Source: the human T2T-CHM13v2.0 reference genome, Homo sapiens | Reading direction: 5' to 3' (one strand) | Assembly (NCBI RefSeq): GCF_009914755.1 | Contig: NC_060936.1 | Length of the DNA: 64,000 bases | Part shown: piece after piece, positions 52,737 to 64,000 of the stretch | Layout of the letters: each line of letters starts with the position of its first letter | How positions within the stretch are numbered: position 1 is the first letter of the stretch | Position numbers and translations under genes: made by a program | The notes under the pieces: model-generated | What the model saw: only the letters and a program-made list of their open reading frames with translations | What the model was told of the DNA's origin: nothing | Database searches by the model: none

Positions 52737-54384
52737 TCAAGAGTCTCAAATGGAATGGAGCCAGTAATTGAAATTGGAAAACAGAGTACAAAGAGTGAGG
52801 GATCATGAGCCTGGGGTGCTGAAATAAATCAAAGGGATCAGGATCAAAGGAAGTTATGAGTTTTTGTTTGTTTTAATGATGGGAGGGTGGGGTAAGAGAA
52901 TGGATGGTTGGTATCTTGAGTGATGGCCATAGTTAGAACCACCATTGATGCTTCGAGTTTTATGAAGTGTGCATGAGATTACCTCATTTATGATTATGGG
53001 TGGAACAGACACTGGGTACTGTGGAATCTGGCAGCTATTAAACATCGAAATAGATCACAAACTTGGAAGCCTGGTAAGGTGGAAGACTTGAGCTGAGTCA
53101 AGTCTGGGGAAGTGATTGTTGTTGTCTGAAGATGAATCAGTCTCCTGGGGTTGCAAAACCTATCAAACCTTTCCCTAAGAGCAAAGGCATTGTATTGATG
53201 GGATGATTATAAAGTTGGGCTTAGCTGTATTCATTTCTGAAGTCAGGTGAGTATTGCATGTGAGTGTTCTTTCCAGATGGCAGTGACAGATTATGCAGGC
53301 AGGCCTAAAGATGGAAACACTAGTAAAAAGAATGAGATTTTGCTAAGTTGAGATTTGAGGAGCAGTTAGACTCACATTCTGTTGGAAATCACTGGGAAGC
53401 CCAACCATCTCACAGTTGAAGAAATGTCAGTAATTATGTTTTAATTTCTAAAATTTAAATTAACTTTTTTACTAACACTAAATATTTTAACATTAATTTT
53501 TATTGATTTTACTTATTTTCCTCTAAAAAACAGAAATACACTCATAAAAAGTCAAAAGAATATAGAACAATGATTAAAATCAATCTACAGTATATAATAT
53601 ACACATATTTAATAGGTTGTAGCATTTTATATATACCCTCTCTCCAACTTCTTTCCCCTTTCCTCCCAATTGGTAACTGTACTTATGGCTTAGCATGTTG
53701 TATTCCATATCTTAGGAGGAAAAAAGAATTTTTTAGTCATGATAGCATCTGAAATTTTGGAAGAGAAGAAAATTTGTTTTAGTACCAACAAATCTTTTGA
53801 ATAAAAATTGTATAGGGCTTTTAAGGACTATAATAAGGCCCAAAAGACAAGATCTTTCTTTGAACTTACTAGCACTGTAGGCAGGAAATGGGCTGCAATG
53901 TATTTTAGTCCCTGCCAATTATGTCAGTGAGATCAGAGGTATATATACAATATATTTTTAGTGGTTACCAGCACTTAAGCTGTGGCAATCCTCATCCTAC
54001 ACTCTTGTGGCTTAGCTTGGCAGATCTGAGATGGGACATAAGCCACAAAGTGCTATGGGTCTTAGGACATAATGAAGTCATACATTACGGTAAAGGGTGG
54101 GGAGGGGGAAGAAACCCCAACATTTTCCAATAGCCAAGGTCTTTGCACATAGATGCTGCACATACATTTTATTATTTCTGTATTTATAGCTACTTAAACT
54201 ATGTAAAGATTGCCTTAATTTCTTTACCTATAAACTTACAGGACTAAGTGACTTGCCTTTATTTATGCCACAGGGCTATTCAATGCCATCTAGAATACCC
54301 TTCAAAGCAAGTATCCCTGGCTCCTCTCCATACACAGTAGGTGTTAAATGATAGAACTCTGTTCGTGGGTATCTTGTTAGGTGC

Positions 54385-54991
54385 TATTGGGGCTCGGAAA
54401 CAGATACTTCAAACTATGGTGCATTGACATGCTGAACTGAAGAAGCCTCAAGGTCTTTTTGATTCCCCATTCCCATCTCTCAATCTTCTGTTCTCCCCGG
54501 CCCCCAAAACAGGATGAAGTTGTTCTTTGAAGTTTCCTTATCTGCCTAAAGACTGGACCTGCCAAAAAGAAAACAATTACTGCTGGTCCCTTCCCTGAGT
54601 TTTCAATAACTGAACTCACATGACAGGAGGAAACACTGAAGTCAGTAAACACTCCTGGATAGACTTGTCACAAACCACTGTAGGTTCTGTGGGCCCAGCA
54701 GATTTTGTCCCAGGCCTTTGTATGTTCTTCGAGCCCATTGACTTCCCCTAAAAATCATTTACTATGCCCCTAAAATCATCCAGACTTCCTCATCTCCCTT
54801 TTCCCCTAAGAAGGGTGTATAACCTGTACCCCATTGCATAGTGGGGTAATCACTCTGTGATCTTCCCTCATGCACATCAATAAATTTATATGCTTTTTTC
54901 TTTTAATCTGCTGTTATGAGTTGATTTTTTTTTTTCAGCAAACCCTCAGAGAGGGAAGGCAGGACTTCCTACAGTAGGCATGGCCCCTACA
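54385..54991 (+). mobile_element. MER39/MER34-family ERV1 solo LTR
   Basis: tattggggctcggaaacagatac...gacatgctgaactgaagaagcctcaaggtc...aataaa...ggcccctaca; 4-bp TSD gtgc / gtac. Confidence 0.8.
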
Positions 54992-56698
54992 GTACCCATG
55001 GTTAGAACTTCTTGACACTTTACCTTGGCTGCCAAAGTCATTCGGTTAACTGGAGTGTGGTGAGTCTGGGGTGAGAGGTAGATGTGATGAAGTGAGGAGG
55101 CAGTGTGAGTAGACTGCAGCTAGACTTGGGAGGACAGCACCTATACCAGCCTTCTGTGACCAGTCAGGTGATGGCTCAACCTCCCTGATCCTCACTCCTT
55201 GTGATGCCATCAAATGCAGGGCATGGGACATGAGAGCAGGAGCTCCTGGACTGTGAACAACCAGGATGACTAGAAGACCTTTGGTTTAAGTTCACACTTC
55301 AAATTGGAAATCACCACCAGAGTGTAACTATCCCTAGTAAAAGTGTGCTTTGTTGAAATAAGTTAATTTTGCTTGTATTTTAATTACCTATAAGTGTTAG
55401 AATGAGGTCATATGTGATAATATAAAAATGAATGGAATGGTTCATTTTTTTGTTGGTTCCATTGTGTTTTCCATTCAGAACCATAATTATGCCATATAAA
55501 AAAGTATTAATTTGAATTTTTAAGAAAAATGGCCACTTTTAATCCTTTTGAAAATGTGAATGCACATTGGTCTTTCCCAAGGGATAGTTCGGTTGGTCTG
55601 GAAAAACATCTTTCCATTTGATATATTTTCTTCTCATATGTTTCTTATTATTTTAGCTTCATTTGACCCAGTGATATGTGCTCTGCAAATTTATGGATTA
55701 TTCCTTTTGATTTGGGGCATGTACTCCTAGGCTTAAATCAATCTCAACTGTGCACGTTTATTATGGGTTCAGGAAGGGGAGCCAGAAACCATCTTCTGAG
55801 TAATCAGAATTTTCTATTGTTTCTTTCTTTGTTTCTTTCTTTTTTTTTTTTTTAAAGCCACTAAAGCATTTCCTGAATGATCTCCACTAAGATTGAATTG
55901 TTTTTTTCTCTGATGGTCATATATAATTGAAAAGTAATACAGTTAATATTTAAAGAGGCATCGTTGATATTCACCTGGAGATATTTTTCTAGGAAAAACA
56001 AGCATTATGATTTGCTCTTCAAATAGCTATCATAGGATTACACTGCACAGCAAATAATACATATATATATATATACATAGTGTTAAAAACTCAGACTACA
56101 TTTGTATAGTAGATGTCCAATTATTTCACATTAATACCTCTGATTATTTTTGTTGTTCATGCCAGTCACAATGTTTAAATCAGTTGCTCACAGAAAGGGA
56201 CTTTTTATGAGAAAGAGATGTAGCCTTTTGTCTTTTGTAAGTGAATTCATGGAAGGCATTTTACAAGTGGATTTTCTGCGGCAAGACTTTATCCCATACA
56301 TTGTTGAAACTTTTATTAGTCAGGTCTTATCAAATTTCCACTTAACGTATTTCCCCCTCCATTTAAACACCAGGACATGAAGATAATTTAAATGGCCCGG
56401 GAAATTTACATATAGCTATTCATAGGATCAAAATACTTTCTTTTAAACTGTTTATTTGGATTCTATTAAAAATTATGTGGTAAAAGACAGTAATTGTTAG
56501 TACGAAAATGCAGAGTAATGGTACTATAAGAGGAAAAATTTCGGTGTGGATTTTTTAGGAGAAGTAATATTTACGGTTCTATTTTTTTAAAGGGCTTGAC
56601 ACGAGTTATTAATTCATTTATGTTTGTGCCTAAAACCTGTAGGTGTAATAGCAAGCCAAGCCCAGGAAAACTTCACCTTACGCAAATACAAAGAGCCT

Positions 56699-56716
56699 GT
56701 GTGCGCATGCGCACAC
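56699..56716. promoter_or_regulatory. 18-bp palindrome containing a full NRF1 consensus (TGCGCATGCGCA)
   Basis: gtgtgcgcatgcgcacac; motif match only, binding not demonstrated. Confidence 0.45.
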
Positions 56717-57423
56717 GCATATCTTTTTGGGGGTGGGAGGATAGGATCTTTGCTCCTGAAGATACTCTGTAAATATCTTTTGTTTTCATATGTTTCCCTT
56801 TCCCTTTGTCTGAAGCCAGTTGGATTCTCCTCTGCACCAGCACCCTAAGTGACAGCCCCTGGCAGTAATGAGGCTGCACACTCTGCTATAATTGAACCCT
56901 GTCAGCGCTGCCCATTAAGGCCGTGGTGTGTATGCCAGCTCATTAATCCAAAGCCCATTTCTTCTCCTCTCTCATTTCCCTTTTATACTATGGCACTGTT
57001 TCAAGTCCTGATCCCCTCATTGTGCATATGGAGGTTCAGGAATAGAGAGTAATTGGTGTTGTTGCACCCGTCTTGAGGAATAACCCTTTTAATAAAGACA
57101 TGTTCACATCTGCAAACTAAGACCATTGTGTCATGATTGCGTATTGTTTGGACTTCTAGGAGAGTCTATTTGCAGTAGTCTAGATGGTCTATTTGCAGAA
57201 TTTTTCTTTGTGCATTCAGACCCAGAATTTCAAACTCTCACAATTCCATGATGTAAAGGTACATATTTGTGATTAAAGATACACATGCATTTATACATAT
57301 GTAATTTGCTTTTATAATAAAATTAATGATGTATTTTGACTCTCACTGTGAGTAAGAGTTAATTATCTCCCATGTACCAGCATAAAATACAGTGGGCTTC
57401 TGTATAATCATACTCTTGGTTAG

Positions 57424-57808
<385 letters not shown>

Positions 57809-58739
57809 TAATACCAGCATGCCTTTATCTTGTTTATTTTTCTGTATGTAAATAATGCATTCAAATTTTATAATTGTTTTCATTGTTGTATTTTGCATAT
57901 GCAATCCTTTTGGATGTTATTCTGTGATAGTACAAGTAGAGATGACTTAATTATCACTTACATGATAAAACCTTTCTAACACTATTATGTGTAACTTTGC
58001 TTGGAGCCTTTCTTTCATTTCATCTTGCTAGAGAAACCATTTTTTTACACTCAAAAAATGTAATTAAATGAAATCCCTCTTTGGATAATTTTGAATCTGT
58101 AATCGAATTGAAGCTTATCTTTTAATGTGCCTTCTAAGTAGGAGTCAAAGAAAATATACTTTGGGCCTTAGTAGAGAAGGCAATTCAAGGCAAGGTATCA
58201 TTAAATTGAAATGCAGATGTGAGAAAATGGTCTAGCCTATAGATGGAGAATGTGGGAAGGAGTGTTAAAGGGATGGATGGGAGGAGGTATTGACAAAATT
58301 GATCAAAGATTCAGGTGAGTCCTCTAGAAATTAACAGCTCTAAATTGAGTCAAAGTTATTTAACATTATCACTGGTAAGTTGCAAATCTTGTATAGTTTT
58401 GAGATAGGAACACATAAAAATAAAAAAAATGAATGGAAATTCTTGATATTTGGTACTTAAATTATTACTTGGTATGATATTATTATTTGAGACAGTCTAA
58501 TTAGGGTCTAGGAATCCTAGGATTCACTTTCTATACAAGTAAATCACTTTCTGTAAAAGTAAAATCAAGAAAAACAACAATAAACAGGAAAAAACAAGTA
58601 CATTTCAACTTTTTGAGTGTGGATTGTGTTTTATTCATTGTTATATACTTGTTTGGTTCAATGTGGTGTTTAGTTGCAATCAACATATAGTAGTTTTCAA
58701 GCAACATTTAGTACAAAGAATGAACATCCTGTATGAACA

Positions 58740-58840
58740 GAGATAACTTGTCACTTCTGGTCTGTACAGTACCTGTAGTTCTCAGACTAGTGCTTGGTAC
58801 AGAGGAAGTGCTCAGTAAGTATTTATTGAATTCATGAATC
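58740..58840 (+). mobile_element. L2 3' tail
   Basis: tagtgcttggtacagaggaagtgctcagtaagtatttattgaattcatgaat. Confidence 0.7.
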
Positions 58841-61800
58841 CAGCTTGGAATGTGGAGGAAAAGATTACTATTAAAACAAGGGTTTTTAACCTGACTTCTT
58901 TATGCTATTGAGTATGGTCGAAAGCAAAAAGGAAGCTGTAGTAGAATAACAAAATAAAATATGTTTTTATTATCAAGAACAGTGTATCTAGGTTGAAGCT
59001 CAAATCTCCAAAGTAAGACTTTAAACTCTGCTTAACAAACAGACTGGAATTTAGTCTCTTTCCTTATACTCACTGTCAACATTTTGGATTTAAACTCTTT
59101 ACATTTTTCTCATAAGAACTTGTTTTATTAAATGTCAGGAAAGATTTTAAAAATTTCATAATGACTTAAGAGCCAAATTAATCTCTATTAAAGGCAACAC
59201 AACATATATTCCTTTCTTTTTAAATTTTTTTTTTTAGAAAAACAAAGTTAAGAAAAGACTCATTAAAGTTATACAATGAGTGTGAGCTGTATGGAATTTG
59301 GCACAGTTTTTATGACAAACACAACAGTTTATATCTCACTTCCAGATTATGGGATCAGAAGATAGTTTATTTATTTTTTATTTTTATTTTTTTCCAGTTC
59401 TGCATGTGTTGGTGGGGGGAAGGGGAGAGGGATTTGAAGGAAAATGAAAACATGGATAGCTGTCCTAAATAAATCAGTCAAGGAACAAGAGTGCTTAAAG
59501 TATTTTTTATTTGTTTGTTTAAACTGGAAAAATGGATTGAGGTAGGTATGGGTATCAAATGGACCCCACCCTCTAATTTCATTGATTTTCTTGTTATTAG
59601 CAATTTGACTCTTGATTATAACCATGTGGCTGGGAATTTTTATTAAGATAGAGAGGCGGTCCAACAGTTTTTTATGAAAGCGCAATTACAGTGAAAGGAA
59701 AATAAACATGTTATGTGTTTTTAAAAATGCTTGAAGAATTTGTAATCATGGACTTTTATACACCATGTAAATGAAAACTCAGTATTTGAATCTGGTGGTG
59801 ATTTAAATATTTATGTAAAAGAGGACATTATCAGATTATTTTCCTGTCATTCTTATTCCTCTATAATTTTCCCCAAATTTTTGATATTGGCCACTTTTGT
59901 ACCTCCTGCAGATGTCAACAATACAAGGGTCCTCATGTATTGAAATACCCACTTACGGGTATTTCAGAGACTGAGCCGCTGGAAGCCCTTGGCAGTGTTT
60001 TCATAAGGGCTGATGCATTCTCTTATGGGTAGAGGCCATGGCTCTTACAGAAAAGATTATTAGGCTTAAAAAAAATCAAAAAAAAAAAAAAACAATCTTG
60101 CCAACTGCCGCCTTTTCCTGCCTTCATTTGGGCTCAAGTCGGATAATACCACCAACCTCTCATTGAATCCCATTTCCTAAACTTATCTCATTTCTCTTAG
60201 ACCCTTTAAGACCTTGGTGGCCTCCAAATTAGCTAATGGTGGTATCCTTAACAAGTGTGACCTACGCTCTTGGGACCGTTAGAAAGATCTGATAAATCAG
60301 AAGTAACTGCTTGCTAGTAATTTAGTTGGGGTGGAAGGTGAGAGAGAAGCTAATGCTACTGTTACTAGGAGATGACTTACATGAGGTATGGTAGAGACCA
60401 TGAAATAAACATATGAATAGATGGAAATTTGTGTATCATGCTCTAAAGAGCTATCTTGTCCATTGACATGAATTAGCTCAACATCTATTGCATACATTTA
60501 TGACTTAAAATTTTGAAGATCCTTTTCCTCCTGAACTTTCTAGATGCTTGCACCCTTTTGTTTAAGGGGTTAAGATTGATGTTGCCCATTAACTTAATAT
60601 GATATGACTGTTTTTTAAATTTATCTGAATTCTAATTTTAAAATTTTCTTGAGAATATCTTCTAATATTCCATGCTGAGAATATTACCCACATGTGGTCA
60701 TGTGGACTCCCTCCATCTCAGAAAATACTGCCCTTTACTCCTAAGCACCTGACCTCTACTCCTTCAAACGTTATGTAGAACTGGACTCCACGTGAGATAA
60801 ATGCGTAATGTTTCACTGTATTATTATCTTAATAGTCTCATTGGCGGAACAAATTTTAAAACCCACATTTTACCCAATATAATCCTTTCCTCTACTCAAG
60901 TTTTTCACACTATATGAGCTCTGGGATTTTTCACCTCCTGTGTGCTTAAGGACACATCTTTGTTTTATAGTAGTCTTATATGGTTGGTTTCCTGAAAGAA
61001 ACATTAGGTTTTTAAGTCTCTTGTAGTGGTTGTCACAGCCATGTTGTTATTTGATGGATGCCATTTGTTGAGGTTGAGGTAGAAGGTGATGAAAGTGGAA
61101 TTCTTGAGTCATAGCCTCTGAGTTTCAGTTAGAGCTTTTTTGAAAAATAGTTTGGAAATTCATAACAAAGACTGAAATTTTGTCCTTTCGGGAATATTAC
61201 CTAAAACCAACCAACAAACAAAAAGGAAAACAAAAAACTATTAGGGATATGCATGAAGATTGGACCAAAGGAGTATTTCTTTCCAGACAAAAGGCAATAT
61301 AAGAGGGGAGAAGGAGTATATTACTTAAGTTTTCAATAGTAGAACATTTCCTAAGTTTTATATATTTGTAAGTGACTATGTAGTCATTTATAATGAAGCT
61401 GTGTATTTTTATTTATTACTCAGAACCTTAGCAAAAAATGCATTATGGAGTATGGTTTCATGTTTACTGAAAAAAATAAGTGTCTTTTTTATATACCAAG
61501 GTGCAAATGGATGTTAAAGGTAACCTGTGAGGATTATGAGTATTTTTGTTTTTGTCTTTATATTTTGTGTCTTTTCTAATCTTTCTACAACAAATAGATG
61601 CTCAATTCATATTACAGTGTTGACGTTCATATAACAGCCCTGCATATTTATCAAAACATGTTTTGTTGAAGACTTACTATTTGCCAAGTACTGTCCTAGG
61701 TCCTAAGCATGTACAGTATTGGTGAAATAACATTCTATGTTCTTGTAAACCTCATAACTATAGTGAACTTGCTGCAGCTATTATCAGTCATATCCTAAAG

Positions 61801-61989
61801 CACCAGGAAAAACAAACAAGACTATTACTTTTATTGACCTAGCAAAATGAACGTGAATATTTTAAGTTAATTTGGCAAGATTCACACAATTTATTTATTT
61901 ATTTGGCCAAAGATGTTCCTGCTGCCAGTGGTAGTTAAAACAAAAGATGTTGAAGGCTATCTTTAGTTTATTATTGTTAGAGCATGTTT

Positions 61990-62110
61990 CTTTTTTTTTG
62001 TATACATTTAACGGGTACAAGTGCAGTTTTGTTACATATATATTGCATAGTGGTTAAATCTGGGCTTTTAGTGTAACCATCATATAAATAGTTTACATAA
62101 TATCCATTAT
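61990..62110 (-). mobile_element. Short L1PB/L1MA 3' end
   Basis: gggtacaagtgcagttttgttacat...ttgcatagtggttaaatctgggcttttagtgtaaccatca. Confidence 0.8.
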
Positions 62111-62506
62111 GCTTTCAATGTTTTATCTGTGGTCTTCAGCTTCATTCTATGTTCTCAGAGTCCTTAAGACATGGAGGTAAAATTTGATAAGGAATTGAAC
62201 AGATATATCACATCCTACTGATTTAGGCACAACTTATATATTAGTCTCTAATTGTTTACAAAGTAAGAAAGTTTGATTTTATAAAAAGAGAACTTAGGCT
62301 AATTCAAAACTTTGTATACCAATTGGGGTGGTAGTATTTCATTATGGATTTCATTAGTGGGTGAGAAGGAGAGATTCTGCAATTGCAAATATGTTATCTA
62401 AATTAAATTCTAAATTAGCCTTATAATAAAATAATAAATGATAATATGCTAAGACCCTACAATACTGTAGTATCATGTTGGTGTGTGTGTGTTTTTAACA
62501 ATTATG

Positions 62507-62883
<377 letters not shown>

Positions 62884-63589
62884 CTATTCAGGGTCATGGC
62901 AATTAACGTATCACAGGTTAATTTCAATTAGTAATTGATCAATGTTTCTCAAATAGCTGAAAAAGCAAGATACCTGAAATCATTTAAGAGAGCAATTTCA
63001 TACACGGTATGTGACAAACACCATTCCCTGAGATGTGGTAATGGTGGTGGTGTACGGTGAAGGGTTTGATACCAAAAACACTTGGGAAATGCTGTATACT
63101 GTTTTCTCTTGGACATACAAAGGCACATGAGCATATTGAAGGCTCTGACCAGTACTGCAGTAAAGAAGTCAATTTAATTTTGTTTCATCTAGTGTTTTTA
63201 AAATGTTTACATCAGGAAATTTTCATATTTCCTAATATGACATACTCTGGTATTCTGTGAACCTTCTTTGACCAGGATTGTCTACACTCTAGAGTAGTGC
63301 TTCTGAAACTACTGTGGACAAAGATTAAATTTTAAAATTCTAATCTGTCATAACAGGCCACTAGTGATGACTAATTTTAGCTTGTACCACGTTAAGTCTG
63401 ACAACATTCACACTGGCCTGTATCCTGTTCAACATGTGTCCAGTGGTCATGTAGTTGGGTGTTGTAACAATGTTAACGTACTGTAATAGTTTCTAAATGC
63501 TTACCCTGTTTCCTCCATTCTTACCTGTCTCCCTTTGGACCAGCACTGGCAGGAGTAACTACTTTTGAATAGGACAAGTCCAGAGCCTC

Positions 63590-63750
63590 ACTTACTCACA
63601 GTGAGGTCTGCAGACCCGTTGTATCAGGATCACCTGAGAACTTGTTAGAAATGAGGTACCTCAGGCTTTCCCGAGATGTGTGGAATTATGAATCTTTATT
63701 TTAGCAAGATCCCATGTGACTTCTGTGCGCAGAAAATTTTGGGAAACATG
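63590..63750. mobile_element. MER5A
   Basis: gatcacctgagaacttgttagaaatg...ttttagcaagatcccatgtgac. Confidence 0.75.
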
Positions 63751-63761
63751 AATCCAGAACC

Positions 63762-64000
63762 ATGCTGTTCAGTAGAAGTAGAATGCAAGCCAAATATGTA
63801 ATTTTAAATTTTCTTGTAGACATGTAAAAGTGGAACTAATTTTAATGTATTTTATTTAACTCTCTATATAATTTCAGCATACAATTGATATAAAATAATC
63901 ATAAGACATTTTGCATTTTTTGAGACTTTGAAATTTAATGTTTTTATACTTAAAACAGATCTCATTTCTCATTGGCTACATTTCAAGTATTTAGTAGCTG
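63762..64000. mobile_element. MER33-like hAT-Charlie element (runs off the window)
   Basis: gctgttcagtagaagtagaatgcaagccaaatatgtaattttaaattttct...ggctacatttcaagtatttagtagc. Confidence 0.75.

Noticed and set aside
52828-52850. Tandem TCF/LEF-like ATCAAAGG sites
   Set aside because: Short motif that occurs many times in the window; the context looks like decayed repeat.

Overview
Primate (very likely human) non-coding genomic DNA. It is AT-rich and CpG-depleted, with Alu (J/S/Y), MIR, L1, L2, MaLR/ERV LTRs (THE1, MSTA, MLT1D, MER21, MER39) and DNA-transposon fossils (Tigger3a, Tigger13a-like, MER20, MER5A, MER33, MER94). I can support no protein-coding gene: the longer ORFs are Alu or L1 translations, or chance ORFs. 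All five L1 pieces I list have their main orientation on the minus strand, which suggests a long intron of a + strand gene that I cannot name. The strongest observation is an apparently recent ~4.7 kb inversion (8846-13508). It is flanked by a 153/154-bp inverted duplication of essentially unique DNA, with a MIR element split across the two breakpoints and a 9-nt templated filler at one junction. Other highlights: a 174-nt fold-back hairpin built from an L2 tail (48254-48427, pre-miRNA-like), a twin-primed 5'-inverted L1PA, a MIR>THE1>two inverted Alus nest carrying a repair scar, and several repeat-free homeobox/MEIS-motif-rich blocks resembling developmental enhancers. Repeat subfamily calls are by eye from remembered consensus sequences, and boundaries of old repeats are approximate.
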